Source: a virus
Lineage: Duplodnaviria; Caudoviricetes
Strand: one strand, 5' to 3'
Length of the DNA: 29,795 bases
Virus record (IMG/VR): IMGVR_UViG_3300027838_000028
Location: 1 to 29,795 of that record
Under the pieces are notes generated by a model. The model made no database searches and had not been told where the DNA came from. It saw only the letters and a program-made list of their open reading frames with translations. A program made the position numbers and the translations under genes. Shown in pieces: positions 16,078 to 24,922 of this stretch (positions are counted from its first letter, which is position 1; every line of letters starts with the position of its first letter).

Positions 16078-16688
16078 AGTTCGCGACAAAATACAATCTT
16101 GTCCTGGTGCTTGTGTTCTCGCTGTTCGCGGGGCTGATGTTCCTGGTGGGCGGCTGCAAGCGGGCCCCGGTGATCCACCGCCGTCCGGCGACGATCAAGG
16201 TCGAGGTTAAGCGGGTGCCCAGGTGCAACGGGAATTGCCGGCACCGACGCTATGGCTTGGCGGACATCCCAGCCAACCGGCGGCACGCCAACTATGGCGG
16301 CGGATCTTGTGTCTTTGCGTCCGTGGCGAACGATCTGGAAACCCTGGGCCTCGGAGCCGAAGCCGATCGGCTGGTGAGCACCTACAGCGGCGGAGAATCA
16401 GCGGCCGGGCTTCATAGCAAACTAGACGCCTGGGGCTGGGATTACGCGGCAACGACCGATGGGGACGTGGCGATCTTGAACTGGGCCGATCGGCACAGCC
16501 GGGGCGCGATGGTCACTTTCAAGCCTAACCACGTTTGCGGCTTCCTCGGCTGGCAGGACGGCCACGCGGTCATCTTAGACCCGAATAGCCCCGACGAATA
16601 CGAATACTGGCCCAGAGCGAAATTTCTACAACTCTGGCGGCACCACGGCGGCTGGGCCACCGCTATCGTCGCCAATGCCATCCCGTAA
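16074..16688 (+). CDS. Secreted or lipoprotein papain-fold (C39-like) cysteine peptidase
   Basis: N-terminal signal ending LVGGC; GGSCVFAS (Cys), NHVCGF (His), ILDPN. Confidence 0.7.
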   Translation: MKFATKYNLVLVLVFSLFAGLMFLVGGCKRAPVIHRRPATIKVEVKRVPRCNGNCRHRRYGLADIPANRRHANYGGGSCVFASVANDLETLGLGAEADRLVSTYSGGESAAGLHSKLDAWGWDYAATTDGDVAILNWADRHSRGAMVTFKPNHVCGFLGWQDGHAVILDPNSPDEYEYWPRAKFLQLWRHHGGWATAIVANAIP

Positions 16689-16699
16689 GGAGCGAACCC

Positions 16700-17323
16700 A
16701 TGAAATTCCTAACGATGATCCTTTGCACGGCTGCGGTGCTGGCGGTATTCGCTGCGCTGGCGGCCACGGCCGACGCCCGAGTCAGGGGCCAGCGTATCGA
16801 AGTCTCAGCGCTGCCCGAGGACGCTCAAAAACCGTTCTTGATGATCTTCACCCAGGCGATCCCTACGCCTGCCGATCAATTCGCCCTCGATTCGATTCAG
16901 ACGATCGGAGTGGGGGCCGACGTGCGTTACCACCACATCACGCCAAGATCGCCACACTACGCCCGCTGGGAGCCGCGCCACACCGGGAAAACGCCGTACA
17001 TCGCTCTGGTATCGCCGGACAAAAAGTCGGTTCTGGTACAGGTACGGGCGGCTGACATGCCAAGCACGTCGACCAGACTAAAGGGCCGACTGTTCCCGAT
17101 ACGTCCGTGGCGACGGCGAGTGGAGGAGGCCCTAAACCGCCCGGTGGTGGTCGAGACGACGGTGGCCCCAGTGGTCCGCGATACGCTGCCGGCGATGCCC
17201 GGCCCCGAGGTCACTACGGGCCCCCAGGATGATTCTCTGAGCCTTATGGCGGTGATTATGGCGCTGCTGGGCGGTGGAGCGGCCGGAGCCGGCATCCAGC
17301 ACAGGAAAAACAAGGCCGCCTAA
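16700..17323 (+). CDS. Signal-peptide protein with C-terminal TM anchor
   Basis: N-terminal signal, Pro/Thr linker, hydrophobic C-terminal helix and basic tail. Confidence 0.7.
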   Translation: MKFLTMILCTAAVLAVFAALAATADARVRGQRIEVSALPEDAQKPFLMIFTQAIPTPADQFALDSIQTIGVGADVRYHHITPRSPHYARWEPRHTGKTPYIALVSPDKKSVLVQVRAADMPSTSTRLKGRLFPIRPWRRRVEEALNRPVVVETTVAPVVRDTLPAMPGPEVTTGPQDDSLSLMAVIMALLGGGAAGAGIQHRKNKAA

Positions 17324-17362
17324 AGACCGGCTCCCCTTTTGTCCTCTAACGGAGATTGAACG

Positions 17363-17794
17363 ATGGAAAATTGGTTGATGATCGCCGGCCTAGTGCTCGG
17401 CGGCGGCTTTGCGGGTGCCTGGGCGCTTCGCAAGGGCGACAAGCTGGAAGAAATCCGCAAGGACGCGCTCGAGCTGAGCGGCCTATTGTCGTCGAACGGC
17501 TGGACGATCCTCCCCGAAATCCTCCGCGATCTGGTCGTCAAGGACTTTTCCGGGGCCCTGGCGGGGATCAGGGACGGGGTGAAGATGCTCCGCGACACGA
17601 CGGAGCGACAGGTTCACATGGACAAAATCTACACCCAGCAATTGCGGAACGTGCTGGCCAGCGGAGACGCCCGGCGAATTGCGCCGTTTCTGGATCTGCT
17701 CGAAGATTACAGTCTGAAAGCAGCGGCCACCAAGGCACGCGAGGCCCTGATCGCCGAGACGACGACGACAGTATCGGTGGAACCGAAAGAGTAA
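17363..17794 (+). CDS. Membrane-anchored hypothetical protein
   Basis: N-terminal TM segment; GGAG SD. Confidence 0.7.
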   Translation: MENWLMIAGLVLGGGFAGAWALRKGDKLEEIRKDALELSGLLSSNGWTILPEILRDLVVKDFSGALAGIRDGVKMLRDTTERQVHMDKIYTQQLRNVLASGDARRIAPFLDLLEDYSLKAAATKAREALIAETTTTVSVEPKE

Positions 17795-17809
17795 ACCCGT
17801 CCTCCGTGT

Positions 17810-17855
17810 CCCGTCCTGGGTTGTGCTTCGCGGCACCCAGGGCGGGCCGGTTTTT
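17810..17855 (+). terminator. Intrinsic-terminator-like hairpin
   Basis: cccgtcctgggt/acccagggcggg stem followed by ccggTTTTT. Confidence 0.55.
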
Positions 17856-17868
17856 CAGGAGCCCAAAT

Positions 17869-18126
17869 ATGATATTCGCCGTAGCAGAGCCGATACTGAC
17901 GACTTTTCAATGGATCGGCCTTATTGTCGTCTGTACTGGCGGTGTTACGTGGCTCGGTGCGCTGAGCACGCTATCGAAGATAGCCGAGGCACGGGGCAAG
18001 CGGAACGAGAGAACGATCGAAAGCCACAGCGTAGACATCGGGAAACTGTACGCGGTGGCGTCAACGCATGAGACACGGCACGCCGTAACCGACGTTAAGG
18101 TCGCCAAATTAGAGGCTGGGCCATGA
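17869..18126 (+). CDS. Small membrane protein (holin-like candidate)
   Basis: One TM helix plus a charged C-terminus; AGGAG SD. Confidence 0.55.
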   Translation: MIFAVAEPILTTFQWIGLIVVCTGGVTWLGALSTLSKIAEARGKRNERTIESHSVDIGKLYAVASTHETRHAVTDVKVAKLEAGP

Positions 18127-18503
18127 GCGACGGCACCCAAACCACCGGCCTAGCGGTCAAGATCATCATGGGATTGATGTCGCTGCTAACGTCGATCGCT
18201 ATGGCAGCGGCCGGCTGGTCATTCAGCGCGAGCCAGGACAACACGGCAACAATCAAGGACGCGATTGCAGCCAGGGAGTTACGGGATTCCGCCCACGATG
18301 CCGAAATGAAGATGATCGCCTACAAGCTGACCCAGCTATCGGCCGACAAGGATCTGGATACCGAGCAGAGCCGCCGGCTTACGGAGTTGCGGGCAACCGA
18401 CAAAAAGCATTGGAAAATCCTGAATTGGGTTAAATCGCAGATCAATATGCAACGGGCCGACGCTGGCAAGCCGCTAGTCGAATGGCCCGACTTGGGTGAA
18501 TAG
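18123..18503 (+). CDS. Membrane-anchored coiled-coil protein
   Basis: N-terminal TM; ATGA coupling. Confidence 0.65.
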   Translation: MSDGTQTTGLAVKIIMGLMSLLTSIAMAAAGWSFSASQDNTATIKDAIAARELRDSAHDAEMKMIAYKLTQLSADKDLDTEQSRRLTELRATDKKHWKILNWVKSQINMQRADAGKPLVEWPDLGE

Positions 18504-18514
18504 GGAGCAATCCG

Positions 18515-19267
18515 ATTAGCTTACTGCTAACACACGCCGGACTGGGTAGTAGCGGCCTACTGCCCGCAGAGACGCGAGCGCTGTGGCTCCGTGCCGACGA
18601 CCTAGCGGCAACCCTGAGTGACACCGACCCCGTGACGGCATGGGCCGACCGTGATGCCAACGGGTTCGACTTCGCCCAAGGAACAGAAGCCGCACAACCC
18701 ACATGGAATGCCAGCACGGATGCGGCGAACGGTCACGCAACGATCAGTTTCGATGGGGATGATTATCTCGCCCGAGCGGCGGCGCTGTTCACCGCTACCC
18801 CAGCCACCGTTTTCGTCGTCGGCATGAGCACCAGCAATAGCGCCCGGTTGGCGACGTTTTCGATTGGCGACGATGATGTCGATACCCATTACCGCATCCT
18901 GCGCTGGAGTGGTGACGCGAGCAATGATTCGATTGATTTACGGTCAAATGTCGGGGGAGCGTTTGAGTCGGTCTCAACGACGACTTTCTACACAGCAAAT
19001 CAGTTTCACATCGGCATGATGCGAGAAGCAGCACTTGGCGACCGGAGCGTTACGCTTGACGGTGGTGGCGTCGGATCAAGCATCGCGTCAAGGGCAATGA
19101 CGGGTTTTGATACGACGCACATTGGGGCTACCGCTCAAGCTACCCCAGGCCAGTTCCTAACGGGCGACATTGCCGAGGTTGTTGCCTACGCCCGTGATTT
19201 ATCTGCGGCAGATTTAGCGGCAACTCTCGCCTACCTCGCAGCACGATACGGGATCACATTAGCATGA
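18515..19267 (+). CDS. LamG/concanavalin-like beta-sandwich protein (virion-associated candidate), probable ATT start
   Basis: LWLRADD...VTAWADR...ISFDGDDYL...TVFVV...GDIAEVVAYARDLS...YLAARYGI; frame is open upstream of 18632; GGGAG lies 7 nt before ATT 18515. Confidence 0.7.
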   Translation: MSLLLTHAGLGSSGLLPAETRALWLRADDLAATLSDTDPVTAWADRDANGFDFAQGTEAAQPTWNASTDAANGHATISFDGDDYLARAAALFTATPATVFVVGMSTSNSARLATFSIGDDDVDTHYRILRWSGDASNDSIDLRSNVGGAFESVSTTTFYTANQFHIGMMREAALGDRSVTLDGGGVGSSIASRAMTGFDTTHIGATAQATPGQFLTGDIAEVVAYARDLSAADLAATLAYLAARYGITLA

Positions 19268-19596
19268 GCAGAACACGCCACTACGGAATATGTCGAGCCG
19301 CTGACCGGGCCAAGATCAACAAGGCACTGGATCGCCTGGGCCACGGGCCTAAGAACTTCAACATGCCTTGGGTTGGCGAAAACTCCCTAGAAACAGCCCG
19401 GCCTACGGCCTATACGTGCAACTGGGACATAGACGACGACGACCTAGAGGCTATTAAGGCAGCGGCCCCGCTGGCAAAGTTCATGGAACTAGGCACATCG
19501 CTCGCCATTCGTGAGGATAAAGTACGGCCCATGAAAACACGGGTCGATGAAGCAATGGACGGCGAGCCATACAAACCGCGCCGAGAGGCCGACTAA
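19264..19596 (+). CDS. Hypothetical protein
   Basis: ATGA coupling to the upstream gene. Confidence 0.7.
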   Translation: MSRTRHYGICRAADRAKINKALDRLGHGPKNFNMPWVGENSLETARPTAYTCNWDIDDDDLEAIKAAAPLAKFMELGTSLAIREDKVRPMKTRVDEAMDGEPYKPRREAD

Positions 19597-19613
19597 CACA
19601 AGGAAAACAGACA

Positions 19614-19940
19614 ATGCCATTATCCACAGGCCCAGTAAAAGACGCGGTTATCGCTGCATCTGTAGCCGGCGACATCGAATTGGTGGCACTGGTTGCCGGC
19701 AAGAAAATCAGGGTGCTCAATTACACGATCATTGCGGCCGGCGATGTCGTGGTCCGATTCGAGTCAGGCCCAGGAGGGACGGCCTTAACCGGGCTGCTTA
19801 CCCTCACGGCCAGCAGCGGTGCCGCCCCTAACGGCGGGGACCACGGACTATTCGAGACAGCGTCCGGCGCTGCTCTAAGCCTAGAACTAGCGTCAAGCAT
19901 AGTCATAGGCGGCCATCTGTCTTATCAGGAAATATCATAA
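19614..19940 (+). CDS. Hypothetical beta-rich phage protein (possibly structural)
   Basis: AAGGA SD; LVALVAGKKIRVL...GLFETASGAAL. Confidence 0.7.
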   Translation: MPLSTGPVKDAVIAASVAGDIELVALVAGKKIRVLNYTIIAAGDVVVRFESGPGGTALTGLLTLTASSGAAPNGGDHGLFETASGAALSLELASSIVIGGHLSYQEIS

Positions 19941-20067
19941 CGACAAACCCGGGCGGTGACTAAAGGGTCAAACGTCCTACCGTCAAAGTCGCACCCCCAG
20001 GCCGCGACGGCACCGCTCGGGTAATTTTACAACTTCACCACCACCATAACACGGGAGAACCGAAATT

Positions 20068-21126
20068 ATGGCCGACAACGCACTTGTGGACGCCGTTCAC
20101 AGCCTCGACCAGATTCACGACCGCCTAGCCCCTTCTGGGCTCGAAGGTCTTAGCAACTCCGATGCGGACGCCTACGAGGCGGCCCTACAAGACTTGTTCG
20201 ACGCCAGCCTTGGAGCCGGCTACGAGTCGGCGGAAATCACCACGGCGGTCGACGACCTAGAGGATTCGTGGGTCGACTATCAAAACGCGGCGGGGATCGA
20301 CATTGAAACTACGTCGATGACCCCGTTTTTCGCAGCACGCGAACGGGTGTCAAGGACGTGCCGGCTAACGGTCGACTACACGCCCCGAAAGCTGGAATCG
20401 GTCGCGTATCTATTCAAGGACGGCCAGCAAGGCGGTTTGAACACGATACAGATCGCCAAGACGTATGACTGGTTCGACAACGGCCGCCCCGATACCACGA
20501 AGGTCGAGGAGGAATTGGCGAACCCCGGCACCCACGTCGGCCCCGACTTTGTGCCCCAGGTCGAAATCGAGCGAGACGACATGCTCCGCAGCCTGCACGA
20601 AGCCCGGGGGGAACGAGTCCGGCGCAAGATCAAAGACAAGACGATAGCGGCCGAGCCCGACCCGACACCCGAGCCGAACCAGATCCGGCTAAAGGACTTG
20701 TTCGTCCAAGGCTTGACCCTAAAGCAGATCCTTACCCACTTCACCCGTCGCGACGGCGAGTGTCTGGTGGACGCCCAGGACGTGCTAGACGCGGCAACGG
20801 CGGAGGGCTACATTCTCCCCGATCCAGTCAATCTATCGTCCACGCGAGCCCCCAGGCCAACGGATCGAGCCAAGGCGGAAGGAAACCCGCACGCGGCCCA
20901 GAAATTGGAAGGGTTCGAGTCCAAAAAGATCGACGACGGCCCAGGGGATCTGGGGCAGGACATCGACGAACCAGCGGCCGGCAGCCTAGAGGAGTTGGTC
21001 GCACCACTGGCGGCGGCCGACATGAGCGCCCGAGAGATAGCCGATCAGCTTGGCGAATGGGACGGCAAAAAGCTGTCGTATCAGCGGGTCAACGCAGCCA
21101 TGAAACGCTTGCGGGAGGCGGTGTAA
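20068..21126 (+). CDS. Hypothetical acidic protein with C-terminal HTH-like segment
   Basis: MSAREIADQLG...SYQRVNAAMK; immediately upstream of TerS. Confidence 0.7.
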   Translation: MADNALVDAVHSLDQIHDRLAPSGLEGLSNSDADAYEAALQDLFDASLGAGYESAEITTAVDDLEDSWVDYQNAAGIDIETTSMTPFFAARERVSRTCRLTVDYTPRKLESVAYLFKDGQQGGLNTIQIAKTYDWFDNGRPDTTKVEEELANPGTHVGPDFVPQVEIERDDMLRSLHEARGERVRRKIKDKTIAAEPDPTPEPNQIRLKDLFVQGLTLKQILTHFTRRDGECLVDAQDVLDAATAEGYILPDPVNLSSTRAPRPTDRAKAEGNPHAAQKLEGFESKKIDDGPGDLGQDIDEPAAGSLEELVAPLAAADMSAREIADQLGEWDGKKLSYQRVNAAMKRLREAV

Positions 21127-21127
21127 C

Positions 21128-21625
21128 TTGGCCAAACGTAAACCAGCAGCGAAGAAAAAGCCGGCAACCAAACGGAAGCCGGCCAAGAAACCCACCAACC
21201 GCATCAAGCGGGCCAAGGCGGGGCAACCGCCCAAGCTGACAGACGCCAAGAAAAAGGCGGTCATTGCCTACATTTCGTCTGGTGGCTCCCAGCGTTTGGC
21301 GGCGATGTACGTGGGTTGCCATCACAGCACGATCCGCAACGAAGCCGATCGCGACCCGCAATTCTTAGCCGGCCTTACGCGGGCGGAGGGCCAATGTGCC
21401 CTCGAATTGCTCGAAGCGGTCCACGATCACGCCACCGACGACGCCGATGGAGACTGGCGGGCGGCGGCTTGGCTCTTAGAGCGCAAGTTCCCCAAAGACT
21501 TCGGCAAGGATCGCGACGACGCGGCCGAACAGGAGCCCACCCAGATCATCAAGATTCTGGTCGAGACTCGCCACGAAGCCGAGCAGTACGTCAAAATGTC
21601 CTCTTTGTTGCCACAGTCCAACTAG
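21128..21625 (+). CDS. terS: Terminase small subunit
   Basis: GQPPKLT HTH region and DWRAAAWLLERKFPKDFG motif; precedes TerL. Confidence 0.8.
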   Translation: MAKRKPAAKKKPATKRKPAKKPTNRIKRAKAGQPPKLTDAKKKAVIAYISSGGSQRLAAMYVGCHHSTIRNEADRDPQFLAGLTRAEGQCALELLEAVHDHATDDADGDWRAAAWLLERKFPKDFGKDRDDAAEQEPTQIIKILVETRHEAEQYVKMSSLLPQSN

Positions 21626-22984
21626 GTGCGCAAGGTCGAATTTGCCTATTGGGGCAAACAGCAGCAGTACGCTGAGTCCCAAGCACTGATCCGTGGGTTC
21701 GTGGGCGGTCGAGGTTCGGGCAAGACCCAGGCAGGGGCCCAAGATTTATTGGACCGCTGTAAGCCTGGCCGAATGTATGCGATCATCGCGCCCACCTATA
21801 AAGTGCTCGATCTTGCTACGTGGCGCACTCTGGTACTGCTCGCCAAGGAAAAGGGGCTGCTGGTCAAGGAAAACCGCAGCGATTCGTGGATCACGGTACT
21901 ATGCAACGGTGGCGGGACGTGCAAGATCGTCGGCCGGACAGCGGAAGATCCGGCGCTGCTCGAAGGAATGAACCTTAGCGGGGCCGTGCTCGACGAAGCC
22001 CGCAAGATGCACCCGGCGGTGATGAAGTCGCTATATCCGTGCCTGAGAGAAGGCGGGGAAATGGGCTGGCTTGGCATCACGACCACGCCACTCGGCCGGC
22101 GGCATTGGGTGTTCGAGTTGTTCTATGACCGGGCCGACAAGCCGGAGCCGAACACGTTTCTGGTACAGGCGAGCACGCGGGAAAACCCGTTTCTGCCCGA
22201 GGAATTTTACGACGAACAGCGCCGTGTGATGACGACGGCACTGGCCGAGCAAGAATTAGAAGGGCTCTTTGTCGAGCTTGCCGGCCTGATGTTCAATCGT
22301 GCGTGGTTCCCGCTTGTCGAGCCGAACGAAGTCCCACTAAAGGTCACTCGGGCACGGTATTGGGACAAGGCCGGCACAGAGGGAGCCGGAGCGTTTAGCG
22401 CTGGGGTCAAGATGGCGGCCGATTATGAGGACGGCGTTTTCTATGTCGAAAACTGTGTTCGAGGCCAGTGGAGTGCTAGCAACCGCGAAAAGATGATAAT
22501 GGCCATAGCGATCGACGATCGGCGGAAGCATAAGCGGGGCAACCAGCCGAGCATCTACATCGAACAGGAGCCCGGCAGCGGTGGCAAAGAGTCCGCCCAG
22601 AACACGGTCAAGATGCTGGCCGGCTGGCCCGTCTACCTGGATGTCGTGTCTGGGGCCAAGCATCGGGTGATCGCTGGGGAGAAAATGCCAGGAGAAGCCA
22701 AGATTATACGAGCAATGCCCTTTGCGGCATCGGCCGAACATGGTAACGTCCGAATAGTTCGCGGCAATTGGAACGACGATTGGCTGGACGAATTATCTCT
22801 CTTTCCTGAGTACCGCTTGATGGATCAAGTCGACGCTAGCTCTGGCGCTTTTAACAAACTCTGTAGCCGGCGGACCATTTCGGCCACGCCGTCATCAATG
22901 GAAGCCTCGGGGGCGTCTGTGATCCCCACGGGTATCCAGGTGATCCGGGCCCATCGCAGCGACCGATTCAAACATAGGAAATAA
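21626..22984 (+). CDS. terL: Terminase large subunit
   Basis: Walker A GGRGSGKT, Walker B AVLDEA, TTTP coupling motif, nuclease motifs YWDKA and DQVDASSGAF. Confidence 0.95.
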   Translation: MRKVEFAYWGKQQQYAESQALIRGFVGGRGSGKTQAGAQDLLDRCKPGRMYAIIAPTYKVLDLATWRTLVLLAKEKGLLVKENRSDSWITVLCNGGGTCKIVGRTAEDPALLEGMNLSGAVLDEARKMHPAVMKSLYPCLREGGEMGWLGITTTPLGRRHWVFELFYDRADKPEPNTFLVQASTRENPFLPEEFYDEQRRVMTTALAEQELEGLFVELAGLMFNRAWFPLVEPNEVPLKVTRARYWDKAGTEGAGAFSAGVKMAADYEDGVFYVENCVRGQWSASNREKMIMAIAIDDRRKHKRGNQPSIYIEQEPGSGGKESAQNTVKMLAGWPVYLDVVSGAKHRVIAGEKMPGEAKIIRAMPFAASAEHGNVRIVRGNWNDDWLDELSLFPEYRLMDQVDASSGAFNKLCSRRTISATPSSMEASGASVIPTGIQVIRAHRSDRFKHRK

Positions 22985-22985
22985 C

Positions 22986-23153
22986 ATGACCGAGTTACCG
23001 ATATTTATCGACGGCACGAAACCCGTGTTGCAGCGCGATCCGGGCGGGCCTATCACGGTCTACCGGCCCGAACTGACCCCACAAGAACGGGAAGAAGTCA
23101 ACGAGTACATGTTGTCACGGATCACCGGGTCCCGAATCAAGCATAGGGGATAA
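22986..23153 (+). CDS. Small hypothetical protein, 55 aa
   Basis: Hand translation MTELPIFIDG...RIKHRG; AGGA SD. Confidence 0.55.
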   Translation: MTELPIFIDGTKPVLQRDPGGPITVYRPELTPQEREEVNEYMLSRITGSRIKHRG

Positions 23154-23157
23154 TTCG

Positions 23158-23382
23158 ATGGCAGACAAAAACCCGCACGCCTTCCCGGTTGCGTGCAAGG
23201 ACTTGGTGGGGAACACGGTATTCCAGCCCGGCATGACGTTGCGCGATTGGTTCGCCGGGCAGGCTTTAGCGAATACCCACTATGTCAATGATTCCGACGA
23301 CAACGAAAGGGTGGCGGCCTTCGCATATCAAATTGCCGACGCAATGATAGCGGAGAGGGCCGAGCGGCCGTATGAGGACTAA
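23158..23382 (+). CDS. Conserved phage protein with GMTLRDWFAGQAL motif
   Basis: AFP...GMTLRDWFAGQAL...AYQIADAMIAER. Confidence 0.85.
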   Translation: MADKNPHAFPVACKDLVGNTVFQPGMTLRDWFAGQALANTHYVNDSDDNERVAAFAYQIADAMIAERAERPYED

Positions 23383-23455
23383 CCCAATGGACCCTCTTCA
23401 ATGGAGCGGAGCCGCCGGCCCGCGCGACGTGGAACTAACGAAAGGACGGGACGAC

Positions 23456-23866
23456 ATGGCCGCGAAAAAAAAGACAGCGGACGACAGGGAGGTCATCACA
23501 ATGCAGCGAACGGCGATCGGCCGCTTGCAAGAGGAGCTAGCGAGGGCGGAAATCGGCCGCACCCGAGCCGTGAGGGAGATTGACAACTTGATCGCCCGCC
23601 ACGATCTGATAGAGCGTGAAGTCGCGGTATTCGAGGCGAACCGGGCCGATCGCCACAAGGACAACCTGATCTATCTCGCCGGCTGCGCCCTGGGCGGGCT
23701 GCTGGCGGCCGAGATCACGGTCCACGATAACGCCTACACGGACAACCGGGTGCGACGTTTGACAAGTCAAGAACTAGCCTTGCGGGCCCACGGCGCAGCA
23801 AAGGCCACGCTAGAACTAATCGAACCAACGGAGGACGCGAACGATGAAAACGAGCGAAGAGATTAG
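23456..23866 (+). CDS. Hypothetical protein
   Basis: AAAGGA SD before ATG 23456 (alternative start 23372). Confidence 0.6.
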   Translation: MAAKKKTADDREVITMQRTAIGRLQEELARAEIGRTRAVREIDNLIARHDLIEREVAVFEANRADRHKDNLIYLAGCALGGLLAAEITVHDNAYTDNRVRRLTSQELALRAHGAAKATLELIEPTEDANDENERRD

Positions 23867-24398
23867 ATTCTGCGGCACGGTTAACGCCGTTGACGGTCGG
23901 GGGAAGGGCATCGTATTAGAGCCCAAGATCGCTGGCGACACGGTGACGATCGTAGCCGAGTGCCCCGGCGGATTCCGCGACCACGAAGCCCCAGAACCGG
24001 AGCCCAAGCCGCACCCCGCCACCCACGGCCCCGACATCCACGAATTAGCCGAGAAGCATACCGGGCCGCTGCCGTCTGATTGCGACCACCCCAAGGACGA
24101 AAACGGGGTATTCTGCGAGAAGGACGACGACCCCAGGATGCACACCGCCTATGCTGCGCTCTTGCGAATCGAGGGCAAGGTGGACGGGCTACACACAGAA
24201 ATACGCTGGAAAGCGCGCGACCTAGAGGCCCTTGATCGCCAGGCGACGGTGAGAGACGAACACGACCAGCGGGTGATCGACGCGGCCGTGGCTCTGGCGG
24301 AGACAGGATATAGTTGTGGCGCGTGGGATGAGTTGCGCCTCGCCGTCGAGGCCCGCAGCAATAACACCACTTCCGACGCTAGGGGGCATAGAGCATGA
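23844..24398 (+). CDS. Hypothetical protein
   Basis: GGAGG SD; coupled to neighbours. Confidence 0.65.
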   Translation: MKTSEEIRFCGTVNAVDGRGKGIVLEPKIAGDTVTIVAECPGGFRDHEAPEPEPKPHPATHGPDIHELAEKHTGPLPSDCDHPKDENGVFCEKDDDPRMHTAYAALLRIEGKVDGLHTEIRWKARDLEALDRQATVRDEHDQRVIDAAVALAETGYSCGAWDELRLAVEARSNNTTSDARGHRA

Positions 24399-24652
24399 GT
24401 GAACATCGACACTGGATACAGCACGGCGGGACGTGGCGGCCGTTTCAGGTCAATGATTCACCGCCAGTGGGCCTGGAAAAACTGGCCGGCATGATTGATG
24501 AGTGCCAGAAAATGGCCCGCGATCTAGGCTTTGTGATCGACGTAGGCGGCACGTCTCTAAAGCAAGTAAACGTAACCTATGTAGACCGGCAGACGTGGGC
24601 CGCCAGGAAAAAGGCGGGACTTGTCAAAGCGGGAAAGGTGCCAGGAGCATGA
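24395..24652 (+). CDS. Hypothetical protein
   Basis: ATGA-coupled. Confidence 0.6.
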   Translation: MSEHRHWIQHGGTWRPFQVNDSPPVGLEKLAGMIDECQKMARDLGFVIDVGGTSLKQVNVTYVDRQTWAARKKAGLVKAGKVPGA

Positions 24653-24921
24653 GCAAGGCGTTAGACCAACTGAAGGGGATCGAGGACGAAATCATCAGCG
24701 AATTTCGATCGCTGAATAAAGCAGCGAAAGGGTGCGACCCCCACGAAGATCGCCAAGGACACGGGGCTATGCTGGCCAGCGGTTCGTCTTTGCTGGCGGC
24801 AAGCCATCTAATCGAAGCCCTGATTATCATCGCCGAGCAACTTGACGCCCAGGACAAGGAACTAGACGCCCTACGCGGGGCGGTGGCACAGATCGGGGTC
24901 AAACTCAGGGAGGGCGATTAG
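24649..24921 (+). CDS. Hypothetical protein
   Basis: AGGAG SD; ATGA-coupled. Confidence 0.65.
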   Translation: MSKALDQLKGIEDEIISEFRSLNKAAKGCDPHEDRQGHGAMLASGSSLLAASHLIEALIIIAEQLDAQDKELDALRGAVAQIGVKLREGD

Positions 24922-24922
24922 A

